Shown here piece after piece: positions 1-8,030 of a stretch of 64,000 nt of DNA (the stretch's first letter is position 1; every line of letters begins with the position of its first letter). The DNA lies in the IMG/VR virus record IMGVR_UViG_3300031414_000001, positions 1 through 64,000 of that record; one strand, 5' to 3'. The stretch is from a virus (taxonomy: Duplodnaviria > Heunggongvirae > Uroviricota > Caudoviricetes). Made by a program: the position numbers and the translations under genes. The notes under the pieces are model-generated. The model did not search any database, had not been told where the DNA came from, and was given only the letters and a program-made list of their open reading frames with translations.

Positions 1-107
1 GACAAATCCCGATTCCGTACAGTACGTACAAAATAGCGTACATAGTCCAGATAATCAGATGATACAGAACCTTTTTCCTCAAGAAACTCGATACATGACT
101 GAACATA
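1..107 (-). CDS. Partial hydrophobic (membrane) protein running off the window start
   Basis: ATG at 107 with upstream GAGG; reads MFSHVSSFLRKKVLYHLIIWTMYAILYVLYGIGIC... Confidence 0.5.
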
Positions 108-121
108 ATGCCTCGTTAAAT

Positions 122-340
122 TCATTGTTCGTTCAACTTCATTCGAGCGTTCCCAGGCGTTAGACCATACCTTGTAATGCTCGAATCCCGCTTTGAAAAT
201 GTATTCCTCTGGTACGTAACCAGACCATTTATCATTGATGTAAACGCAGTACTCGCTAACTGACGGATGCCAGTGAACGTATGTAGTACTCCACATAGCC
301 TCTGGAAATTCATCAGCAAGGAACTCAATGAAATCTTCAT
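122..340 (-). CDS. Hypothetical protein
   Basis: 72-aa ORF in the co-oriented minus-strand array; true start may be further upstream. Confidence 0.55.
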   Translation of the reverse strand: MKISLSSLLMNFQRLCGVLHTFTGIRQLASTAFTSMINGLVTYQRNTFSKRDSSITRYGLTPGNARMKLNEQ

Positions 341-397
341 TCAGATTCGGGTCTTTGCGTTCAAATTTGTGTTCACTTTGCCAGTTAGCGTTATCTG

Positions 398-670
398 TCA
401 TTTTATCAGGTCATCCATAAAAGAGCAATCATCTTTTTTCGGTGTTTCAACGATGACAATACCACCGTTATAATCTGGATGTTCTTCATTCCAGTATTCT
501 TCTAGCCAGTCTTCTTCTTCATAACAGTTATCAACATCGAACTTAATGTCAATACCACGATCAGCAAGAATCTTATTCACTTGACTAAGAACATATTCAG
601 CACTATCCCAAATAGAACGTGCGTACTCCATATCTTCATCAGTTACTTTGAAAGTCACTTCAGTACTCAT
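398..670 (-). CDS. Hypothetical acidic protein
   Basis: 90-aa ORF with GGAG RBS, overlaps upstream stop. Confidence 0.75.
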   Translation of the reverse strand: MSTEVTFKVTDEDMEYARSIWDSAEYVLSQVNKILADRGIDIKFDVDNCYEEEDWLEEYWNEEHPDYNGGIVIVETPKKDDCSFMDDLIK

Positions 671-897
671 TTAGTTGCTCCTGAATAGTCTTCTTCTTCA
701 TGCCATGAACATCCAACTTCACAATCACCATCTACTAGTGACCATTGGATACCATGAAGGATATTACCTTGTAATACATAGGATTCGCCCCATGCTTCTT
801 CTGAGCCGATATTAAGGCTTTCAATGAAACGCTCAAAAGCAATTTCCAGATCAACCTGATCACCTTCAGGTAAGGTCAAACAAATAGTTTTATTCAT
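667..897 (-). CDS. Hypothetical protein
   Basis: ORF 667..945; likely start MNKTICL at 897, coupled to the upstream stop. Confidence 0.65.
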   Translation of the reverse strand: MNKTICLTLPEGDQVDLEIAFERFIESLNIGSEEAWGESYVLQGNILHGIQWSLVDGDCEVGCSWHEEEDYSGATK

Positions 898-1123
898 TTT
901 CATCCGTTGGATAGTTATAGAACCCGTAGCCACTAACTTCTTCATATAGTTGTCGCATAATACGGCGATTTGCTTCTTGGCGGCGTTGGTGTTCTTCAGT
1001 GGTTTCTAATTCAAACTTGCCATCACGTACAATCATACCACGTAAACCGTGACCATGATCATAACGCATACACATACTTTCAATCAAACGAGCATCTGGC
1101 TCTTTTGGTAAATTGGGTTTCAT
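890..1123 (-). CDS. Hypothetical protein
   Basis: 77 aa, TAATG-coupled to the upstream ORF. Confidence 0.75.
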   Translation of the reverse strand: MKPNLPKEPDARLIESMCMRYDHGHGLRGMIVRDGKFELETTEEHQRRQEANRRIMRQLYEEVSGYGFYNYPTDENE

Positions 1124-1458
1124 TACTTGTCCTTTATTCCGTTAAGTACTTCCATGAACTTCTCCACGTCAGTACTTTCAAAGAATAAATGATCCCATTG
1201 AGTCATCTTCTGAAAGTGCCATGCTTCATCAGCAAGACGGGAGAAGTTAGGATATTTATAACGGCGTTTAGAACCCATCCAATCTTCAACCACAAGAAAA
1301 TCACTACCAGGAAAATAACGAAAATTCCAGCACTTGTTGTACAGAAATGTTAAATCAATTTCCACCATCTGAACACCATCTTCTTTCTTACAGCGTTCAG
1401 TTAGTTCATAAGCCAGATTTTCAGAACATTCAAAGTACTGTTCAATGAAATTTATCAT
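1123..1458 (-). CDS. Hypothetical protein
   Basis: 111 aa, ATGA-coupled. Confidence 0.75.
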   Translation of the reverse strand: MINFIEQYFECSENLAYELTERCKKEDGVQMVEIDLTFLYNKCWNFRYFPGSDFLVVEDWMGSKRRYKYPNFSRLADEAWHFQKMTQWDHLFFESTDVEKFMEVLNGIKDK

Positions 1459-2249
1459 AAGGATAACATCGCCTCAACGATAGGTGGAATCTCACATTCG
1501 TAGAATCCAGCACAATTGATGTTATTAACTTCCAGTACTTTAAAACCTTCGGAAGTCTCAGCGAAGTCCATCACAAAAGCATCAGCAGGAACCCATTTAG
1601 TACAGAGTTCTTCAGCTTTATCAATAATCTCTTGTGGAACTACTTTGTTAGTACAGAAGTTACCGCGAACCTTATACAAGGAATGTGAAACTACTTTACC
1701 TTTAACAATGAACAGCCGATACTCAGAAATAATCTCTTGAGCCTCAGCTAACAGTACTTCAAACTCAGGATCACCGTAGAATGAAAAGAACGCATCAACT
1801 TCTTGATTGAAGTTCAGTTGTTCAATAACACGAGCAACCATGACTTTAGTATCATGTACTGGACGAATAAAGATATTATTCCAACCTGGATTTTTAATTT
1901 CACCCATAGTGGTAAAGATACCATTTCCGTTCAGGAAGTTCTCTGAACCCCATTCACGCATCTGTACTTCAATGTTAAGATTCTCATTAATGAATCCACC
2001 AGGAGTATAACCTTCTTCAATCAATTGCTGAGCTAATGCATAGCTACCAAATGACATAGTAGGAATACTCTTATCAAAGTACTTCTCATAAGTAGCATCA
2101 CTGTAATCATCAACATCTTCTGGAACGAACATATTGATAAAAGGTACAGGTTTAACTGAAGTATGAGAGATGTTGTTTTGTACCATATATTCTTTCATGA
2201 TACGGAAACCATCTTCATTAAAGTACTTATCCATAATCAGAAAGTGCAT
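1455..2249 (-). CDS. ATP-grasp domain protein (DUF4343/R2K-like)
   Basis: Motifs FIRPVHDTK, EYRLFIVKGKVV, FVMDFAE, VLEVNNINCAGFY. Confidence 0.8.
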   Translation of the reverse strand: MHFLIMDKYFNEDGFRIMKEYMVQNNISHTSVKPVPFINMFVPEDVDDYSDATYEKYFDKSIPTMSFGSYALAQQLIEEGYTPGGFINENLNIEVQMREWGSENFLNGNGIFTTMGEIKNPGWNNIFIRPVHDTKVMVARVIEQLNFNQEVDAFFSFYGDPEFEVLLAEAQEIISEYRLFIVKGKVVSHSLYKVRGNFCTNKVVPQEIIDKAEELCTKWVPADAFVMDFAETSEGFKVLEVNNINCAGFYECEIPPIVEAMLSL

Positions 2250-2258
2250 ATTATGTCC

Positions 2259-2513
2259 TTAACAATTAGCGTGGAAGTAATCTAGATATTCGCGTGGTAT
2301 TTCAAAACCGCCATCGACTAGTGTACCATGACGTTCAGAAGTTAGTTCCAGTACTAAAAATACGTCACCAACTTTGATGCCATCTTTTAAAGCCCATCCA
2401 TATACTTCTAAGAATTCTGGATCGACCAACTTGAGTTTATCATAACCTGGTCGTAAATCAGACCAAGTATAACACCAAGTGAAATTAGTTGATTCGTTAA
2501 CACCATTACTCAT
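2259..2513 (-). CDS. Hypothetical protein
   Basis: ORF 2259..2543; likely start MSNGV at 2513 after GGAG. Confidence 0.6.
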   Translation of the reverse strand: MSNGVNESTNFTWCYTWSDLRPGYDKLKLVDPEFLEVYGWALKDGIKVGDVFLVLELTSERHGTLVDGGFEIPREYLDYFHANC

Positions 2514-2529
2514 ATAGTACTCCAGAAAT

Positions 2530-2554
2530 GAAAAAACCAGCATAAAGCTGGTTT
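2530..2554 (-). terminator. Intrinsic terminator
   Basis: AAACCAGC-TTTAT-GCTGGTTT followed by a U-run on the minus strand. Confidence 0.65.
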
Positions 2555-2564
2555 AGTTAATTAG

Positions 2565-2683
2565 TCGGGAATTGTGGACTCGAACCACATCTCACGGCTC
2601 CCTATGCAATTGTATTGGTTGCTGTGAAATTCCATTACAAGAATTTATGTTATACGGTGTGCTAACCCTTACACTAATTCCCG
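2565..2683 (-). ncRNA. tRNA-like RNA with a 68-nt insert replacing the anticodon/variable arms
   Basis: Acceptor CGGGAAT/ATTCCCG, D-arm GTGT-AAGGGTTA-GCAC, T-arm TGTGG-TTCGAGT-CCACA, 3' A-CTA; no canonical anticodon stem. Confidence 0.7.
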
Positions 2684-2685
2684 AT

Positions 2686-2706
2686 AAGTACCTTTCGGTA
2701 CTTTTT
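2686..2706. terminator. Hairpin (GAAA tetraloop on minus strand), terminator or processing site
   Basis: AAGTACC-GAAA-GGTACTT. Confidence 0.45.
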
Positions 2707-2889
2707 ATTGCCATTCTGTTTCTCGGCTGGCAAGCCTCAGAAAGTTAATTCGAGGACAGCTTTTGCTGTGATTTCATCATGGACGGCGATTTATAGTCTA
2801 GCCGGGACGACTCATGATAAAAATAAAACAAATGAAAAAAATCTGTAACGATTTATTCACCTACAACACGCCTACAAAGGTAACAGGAC

Positions 2890-3231
2890 TTACCAGGAGG
2901 AATTCTTTTTGTTGTAACCTTGACGGGTTACATATGCCATAAACAAGTCGAATGAGCCAATTTCTTCTTCATCCCATTGTCCTTCTAATCCATAACATGA
3001 ACAGTGACCACCATGAACTTCATAGAAGGTATCATTCAAGTTATTATAGAAGAAGACAGTGGCTGAACCGGAATAGTCTTCATACTCATAGAAAGCATAA
3101 ATTATTTGTTTGTCTGCCAGTACTTCAACATCAATACTAAACTGACCAGCAATGTCTTGTTTACAAGTAAACAATTCATGATAGATATTTGGAAAGATTT
3201 CTAAAACTTTAATACGTTGGTCTTCAGTCAT
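2890..3231 (-). CDS. Conserved phage hypothetical protein
   Basis: Likely start MTEDQ at 3231; motif YEYEDYSG...EVHGGHCSCYGLEGQW. Confidence 0.75.
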   Translation of the reverse strand: MTEDQRIKVLEIFPNIYHELFTCKQDIAGQFSIDVEVLADKQIIYAFYEYEDYSGSATVFFYNNLNDTFYEVHGGHCSCYGLEGQWDEEEIGSFDLFMAYVTRQGYNKKNSSW

Positions 3232-3421
3232 TCTTATTCTTTTCTTCGAGGAACTTCTTACGATGTTCAGTTGCTTTTTGTAGTACTTCAATCAGTTGAG
3301 GCCATGCCTCTGAACCAATATATAGAGTATCTTGACCATCTGATATTTCAACAGTTGGGAAGTTCTCATAGTACGTTGCTTCTAAATCTTCACTCAATTC
3401 TACTTCGTGACGGATATGCAT
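3224..3421 (-). CDS. Hypothetical protein
   Basis: Start MHIRHE at 3421; the longer ORF overlaps tRNA-Thr. Confidence 0.65.
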   Translation of the reverse strand: MHIRHEVELSEDLEATYYENFPTVEISDGQDTLYIGSEAWPQLIEVLQKATEHRKKFLEEKNKND

Positions 3422-3447
3422 TTCAGTACTCTCTCGTTTATGTTTAG

Positions 3448-3520
3448 TGCTCCAAGTAGGATTTGAACCCACGGCTTCCTCATTACAAGTGAGGCACTCT
3501 ACCAACTGAGTTATTGGAGC
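3448..3520 (-). tRNA. tRNA-Thr(TGT)
   Basis: GCTCCAA/TTGGAGC acceptor, CCTCA-CTTGTAA-TGAGG anticodon arm, GTGGG-TTCAAAT-CCTAC T-arm; 3' end A-CTA, CCA not encoded. Confidence 0.95.
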
Positions 3521-3567
3521 GGCGATACATTTTTATTTATCAATATAAAAACGTACCAAAAAGATTG

Positions 3568-3818
3568 TGCTGAAGAAGCGAAGCAACCAGACAACCGGAC
3601 AACCCAGCAACCGTACAATCAAGTTGAATGCCGTTTCCACAACCAAGCAAGTTATAATAACTGTTCAGTATAAACGGAGCAAACTCTTTAATAGTAGATT
3701 ACATAAATTGTAATTGACCATTCTTCATATGAGAAGATAAAAGCGTTGAAATTCATCAACGTGCTTCTTCAGCAAGGGGAGTTAGAGAGAGTAAGTTAAG
3801 CGACTACACTCTAACTCC
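3568..3818 (-). ncRNA. Candidate structured RNA downstream of the DIP1984-like gene
   Basis: 10-bp hairpin 3778-3787/3809-3818; 12-bp closing stem 3568-3579/3763-3774; internal hairpins; no ORF. Confidence 0.65.
3581..3620 (-). repeat. Five tandem 8-nt repeats (G(G/A)TTGYNN)
   Basis: Minus strand reads GATTGTAC GGTTGCTG GGTTGTCC GGTTGTCT GGTTGCTT. Confidence 0.85.
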
Positions 3819-3825
3819 AATTTGG

Positions 3826-4404
3826 TTAAAGAACCTGAAGTTCTTTAAACAATTCTGCGAACTTGTCATCAATTTCGATTTCAAGTTTGTTGTTGATATA
3901 AGCGAGTTTATCGCTCACACCTTCTTGTTCTTGCTTCAACTGAACGTACAGCGTGTTCAGGTTGTTGTGCATCACTTCTGAGATGCCACCTACACGAGTG
4001 TAAGTACTGCGATACTCAGATGAACTTTCGTGCATATCCTGTACTTCACGTACAGTTTTAGCCAGAAGTTCTGCGTCCGTAACTTTCATTTTGTCACGGA
4101 AAGATGCCAGAACTTTCATCTGACCTTCAATCAGAACCTTACGGCTCAGAAGGGCATCAACGGAATTACCGTCGATTTCAGTTCCGTTCGCTTTCTGTAA
4201 AGCGGCACGAATGACGTTGATCGCTTCGTGGACATTCAACGCAGTTTCCACTGCTTTGAAATTGCTGCTGTTTACAGCTACAATAGCTGCTTGTACTTCT
4301 TCAGCCGTAGCTGAATGGTGTACGTCTTTTTGTTCAAAACGCAAACCTGCTTTTTGGCCTAAATCTTTAACCAGGCGATGTGCCTTACGCAATGTCAATT
4401 TCAT
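3826..4404 (-). CDS. Coiled-coil protein, DIP1984/DUF6847-like
   Basis: MKLTLRKA N-terminus; IRAALQKAN..G.SVDALLSRK and LKQEQEGVSDKLAYINNKLEI resemble the DIP1984 family helical pattern; GGAG RBS. Confidence 0.6.
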   Translation of the reverse strand: MKLTLRKAHRLVKDLGQKAGLRFEQKDVHHSATAEEVQAAIVAVNSSNFKAVETALNVHEAINVIRAALQKANGTEIDGNSVDALLSRKVLIEGQMKVLASFRDKMKVTDAELLAKTVREVQDMHESSSEYRSTYTRVGGISEVMHNNLNTLYVQLKQEQEGVSDKLAYINNKLEIEIDDKFAELFKELQVL

Positions 4405-4445
4405 ATTTGATTCTCCACAATTCGTTCAATTTCTTTCATGACTAC

Positions 4446-4474
4446 ATTATACCATAAAATTTTGAACCGTTTCA
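4446..4474 (-). promoter_or_regulatory. TG(A/G)AAC-class promoter
   Basis: TGAAAC-N17-TATAAT with extended -10 TGG. Confidence 0.7.
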
Positions 4475-4521
4475 AAATTTTTCACTTAATAGTGGATATT
4501 TCTCAATATCCACATTTGAAC

Positions 4522-5082
4522 TTATTCTACCGCAGGACGAGCCGCTTCGATTTCATCAAAGAATTCGTTATTCATTGCGATTAAGTCAGCGTACCAGAAA
4601 ATACCGCTTTCAGCAGGTGTAATCGGCAAGTCATTTACCGCAGCGAACAGTAGTTCAGCTTTAGTAATATCACAACGAGTCCAAGTACCATTAGTATAGC
4701 CAGTTAGAATAGTAAATTCACCACGGCAATCTTCAGCAAGTTTCTCAGTCAAATATACAGTGTTAACCATGTCATCCTGGTGGGATCGTAACTGATGGTT
4801 AGTACTGTTAATGTAAGACATAAGATTGAAGTTCGCTTCAGTTGTTACTAAGAAACGGTCAATACCTTCAGATTTATCCAGTTTAAAATCTAGAGTAAAT
4901 CCAAGTTTCTGTACTACCTTCTCCATTAGGAAAAGTTCGTAACCATGATAAATGGTTGGATCACCATCACGTGGGAATACACGGATAGCCAAGTAATCGT
5001 CTTCAATTACAGTTTCAAAATTCTCGTTATCTGCTAAAAACGCTTCAATGCGTTTGATAACGTCTTGTACTTCTTTTAACAT
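4522..5082 (-). CDS. Hypothetical protein
   Basis: 186 aa, coupled to the upstream gene. Confidence 0.8.
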   Translation of the reverse strand: MLKEVQDVIKRIEAFLADNENFETVIEDDYLAIRVFPRDGDPTIYHGYELFLMEKVVQKLGFTLDFKLDKSEGIDRFLVTTEANFNLMSYINSTNHQLRSHQDDMVNTVYLTEKLAEDCRGEFTILTGYTNGTWTRCDITKAELLFAAVNDLPITPAESGIFWYADLIAMNNEFFDEIEAARPAVE

Positions 5083-5663
5083 TAAAGTCCCTCTATGTAT
5101 TTTAGTACTTCATCCCAGGTCGGAAATTCTTCTGAACCGAAATGAATAAATGTACCTTCGAATTCTTCACAATTCGCTTTATGCGGCCTGTCGTCGATAA
5201 GTACATCACCACGCAGACAACCCTTGTCTGGTGTAATGATAGTTTTGTCAAGCAACTCTGGAATATGTTCATTAATCCAGTGTTTCTTCTCAGAATCAGC
5301 TAACAGATTATGAGTTGGAGTTTTCGTTGCGATCCAAACATTGTGTCCAGCAGCAATTAGTTTACGAACTGCTTCTAGAGCACCCTGAATAGGGTCTAAA
5401 CGAATATAAGTACCTGGAATCAGTTTTACTGATTTAGGATTACGACCTTTAAGATTAGCTTCAAAGTCAGCAATCACACCATCCATATCAACAAAGATAC
5501 GTAATGGTTTAGTAGCAGTATGTACTACTAAAGGTACTGGTTCTGATTGTCGTTGTGCGTGTGGATATTCATGTCCATTGGCACACGTTGTTGGGCCGAC
5601 CGGATTACGGGCAGCACTAACACCTTCAGCACCGCATTTTGGGCAATAGCCATATACAGGCAT
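5082..5663 (-). CDS. 5'(3')-deoxyribonucleotidase (NT5C, HAD family) with N-terminal Zn-ribbon
   Basis: FVDMDGVIADF, EKKHWI, GDVLIDDRP motifs; N-terminal CPKC...CANGH. Confidence 0.85.
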   Translation of the reverse strand: MPVYGYCPKCGAEGVSAARNPVGPTTCANGHEYPHAQRQSEPVPLVVHTATKPLRIFVDMDGVIADFEANLKGRNPKSVKLIPGTYIRLDPIQGALEAVRKLIAAGHNVWIATKTPTHNLLADSEKKHWINEHIPELLDKTIITPDKGCLRGDVLIDDRPHKANCEEFEGTFIHFGSEEFPTWDEVLKYIEGL

Positions 5664-5665
5664 AG

Positions 5666-5998
5666 TTAGTCCTCTTTTGGTTCTTCTGGAGGGGTTGGAT
5701 TAAACATTGGTGGAATAGTACCGCGAGGCTTTTTACCACGATGTATGTCATACCGAATCCAGTCATGTTCACGAATACACTTATGGAATTCACCCATTTG
5801 GTACGTATTTAGTTGTACTAAATTGGCCTCTGGTACGATGAATATCTTACCACGATCCCAATCAGTACCACGATACGCACCAGTAATGTTAGTCGTAGGA
5901 CGTGGACCGGCTGTAATAAAGGTACAACTAGCAGGTATTACTACCTCTGTATCTAAGTCGTATCTTAATAGTTGTTCAATTAATTCTTGTACTGTCAT
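5666..5998 (-). CDS. Hypothetical protein
   Basis: MTVQELIEQL-type phage N-terminus. Confidence 0.7.
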   Translation of the reverse strand: MTVQELIEQLLRYDLDTEVVIPASCTFITAGPRPTTNITGAYRGTDWDRGKIFIVPEANLVQLNTYQMGEFHKCIREHDWIRYDIHRGKKPRGTIPPMFNPTPPEEPKED

Positions 5999-6008
5999 TC
6001 TTGTACCA

Positions 6009-6035
6009 ATAAAAAAGACGCATTAAGCGTCTTTT
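6009..6035 (-). terminator. Intrinsic terminator
   Basis: AAAAGACGC-TTAAT-GCGTCTTTTTT. Confidence 0.7.
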
Positions 6036-6120
6036 GAAAGAAATTTACGTGCCATTTCGAAATCACGTTTGTATGTATCTGAACCATTTGGAATAATGGT
6101 ACGTAGATATTCCATCCAAC

Positions 6121-6600
6121 TCATTGTTCTGTCTCCAGGATTGTTTCATCCCAAATAAGAGCATGTTTGCTCCAGAACTCATTAGCTTCATGAGCTTCTT
6201 CATATTCGAGATGTGGATCATGTACTTCTTTCGTTGCTAAGCCACCAACATACGCAGTAAGTAACGTATATCCGTAGTTCTCACTATTAGGAGTACGTTT
6301 CATGATAACCGTTACAGTACTACAAGGTTCAGGTTCACGGTTCTTTACAAAACGGGTTGGATATTTCCTTCCGATACGTTTAGCGTATTGGAATTCATCA
6401 CCATCACGTACTGTTACACAAGTACTGAAACCGATTTGTTTACCAAAGTCAATACATACTTTGATAAAACGTTCATCTTTAGAGTCGATGCGTTGAACCG
6501 CTTCCTCTAAGAGATCAATTACGTCAGCATGTACCTTCAAGTGGTACTTACTGTAGTAAACTTTGTGACCATCTTTCGTTACCAGTTTTAACGGTTTCAT
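6121..6600 (-). CDS. Conserved phage hypothetical protein
   Basis: 159 aa; TLLTAYVG...FWSKHALIW. Confidence 0.8.
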   Translation of the reverse strand: MKPLKLVTKDGHKVYYSKYHLKVHADVIDLLEEAVQRIDSKDERFIKVCIDFGKQIGFSTCVTVRDGDEFQYAKRIGRKYPTRFVKNREPEPCSTVTVIMKRTPNSENYGYTLLTAYVGGLATKEVHDPHLEYEEAHEANEFWSKHALIWDETILETEQ

Positions 6601-6630
6601 AGAAAAAGCCCTTTCGATTAAGATAGGGCT

Positions 6631-6659
6631 ATTCTACACGCACGGTCATGGGATGTCAA
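6631..6659 (-). promoter_or_regulatory. Sigma70-type early promoter
   Basis: TTGACA-N17-TAGAAT. Confidence 0.8.
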
Positions 6660-6666
6660 ATTTATT

Positions 6667-6741
6667 TGGCGGGAGCACAAGGAATCGAACCCTGATCTTG
6701 TGGTTTGGAGCCACACATAATCGCCGTTATACTATACTCCC
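6667..6741 (-). tRNA. tRNA-Trp(CCA)
   Basis: GGGAGTA/TGCTCCC acceptor, TGTGG-CTCCAAA-CCACA, T-loop TTCGATT, encoded CCA. Confidence 0.95.
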
Positions 6742-6772
6742 AAATGAGAGGTCTTTCAACCTCTCTTATTTA

Positions 6773-7966
6773 TTACTTACCATCAAACATGGTTTCAATC
6801 ACGTCTGGTGATTCAGCTTTGCTGAATTTCACATGCAGACGGTGTTCACCAAATTCACGGTTGATAACGATACTAGTACTGTTAACAATGGTATCCGCTT
6901 TGTTGAATTCCAGATTCAGGAAGTACTGGATCTCTTTGACTGGTGTTTCAACTTCTTCACCGTCAACATCGACTTCTGTACCTTCTTCTTCGTCATCCCA
7001 ATCCATGTCGTATACACGAGCATCAATTGCCTTCATCTCTTTCTCAAGAGTACCTTCATCAGCGAAGATGTACGCTCGCATGGTATCGTACTTAGCCATG
7101 AAGGAGAAGCTAGTCATGCGGTTCATTGACTTATCATCGAACTTGACTTCTTTACCATCAATGGTGAATTCAGATACTACGAAGGAGTTACCTTCACGAG
7201 CTTCTACTTCAACGTTCAGTTCACGGAAGGTTTCAGTGAAAGTCTGAGTTGGGTAGCGGTTCAGTTCTTCGATCAGACATTGAATCATATCGAAGCTGAT
7301 GGTTTCAGCTACTTCCCAAAGAGTTTCGAACTGAGGGATGTAAGCCTTGTTAACCAGCTTGTCGTTCAGCAGTTCTACCATAACCTGCTTAGCCAGTTTC
7401 TTGTACTCGAAGTGGTAGAAGATACGGCTTGGACGGTTACGAAGGAACTCAGAAACGTTGCGGTTGTTTGAGGTCAGGATGTACAACTTGTTGTACGAAC
7501 CAGTACCATCAAGCAGAGTCAGGATCGCTTCCTGATGCTCACGTTCTGCGTAAACCTTTTCAAATTCATCAAACAGAATCAGAGCTTTGTCTTCAATCGC
7601 TTTGATGAAGTTAATGAAAGAACCATCGGTGTAGCAGTTCTGAATGATAATGGTAGGAATACCCATTTCACCCAAAGCAAGACTAACATCTTTAGCAAGC
7701 TGGGTTTTACCAGCACCTTTAGTACCGCTCAGCAGTACGCCAGTGTTCTTACCTTCACGAGCCAGGTAAGTGTTGATCACTTTGTTGTTACGAGAAGCCA
7801 TTTCACCGTAAACTTTCGCAGGGCGAGTAAACGGAGTGGACTTCAGTAGGTAGTACTGTCCATTTTGTGGGTTGAATTCCACGGTATACGTACCCGCTGG
7901 AATAGTTTCAATTTTGTTACCAAACTCACGAGCAATCGTGATAATGTCACCGCTTTGATTGTACAT
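6773..7966 (-). CDS. AAA+ ATPase
   Basis: Walker A GTKGAGKT, Walker B ILFDEFEK, TSN sensor-1, NRPSR arginine finger. Confidence 0.9.
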   Translation of the reverse strand: MYNQSGDIITIAREFGNKIETIPAGTYTVEFNPQNGQYYLLKSTPFTRPAKVYGEMASRNNKVINTYLAREGKNTGVLLSGTKGAGKTQLAKDVSLALGEMGIPTIIIQNCYTDGSFINFIKAIEDKALILFDEFEKVYAEREHQEAILTLLDGTGSYNKLYILTSNNRNVSEFLRNRPSRIFYHFEYKKLAKQVMVELLNDKLVNKAYIPQFETLWEVAETISFDMIQCLIEELNRYPTQTFTETFRELNVEVEAREGNSFVVSEFTIDGKEVKFDDKSMNRMTSFSFMAKYDTMRAYIFADEGTLEKEMKAIDARVYDMDWDDEEEGTEVDVDGEEVETPVKEIQYFLNLEFNKADTIVNSTSIVINREFGEHRLHVKFSKAESPDVIETMFDGK

Positions 7967-8030
7967 CTTAGTTCCTGTATAGAGATTTACTATTTGCTTC
8001 TTTGTTACTTATTACTTAAAAAGAAAGCCC

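Noticed and set aside
2704-2800. Hammerhead ribozyme (CTGA...GAAA-like words)
   Set aside because: The CUGANGA core and three-stem junction could not be assembled.
3422-3505. N-terminal extension of ORF 3224..3505
   Set aside because: It overlaps tRNA-Thr; the real start is probably ATG 3421.
3581-3620. Possible CRISPR mini-array
   Set aside because: The units are 8 nt with no spacers. The PD-(D/E)XK nuclease at 62 kb is a common stand-alone phage gene, and there is no cas operon.
6705-7849. Long plus-strand ORFs (also 28873-29519, 31624-32028, 49391-49999)
   Set aside because: They are antisense shadows of well-supported minus-strand genes, without RBS or recognisable motifs.
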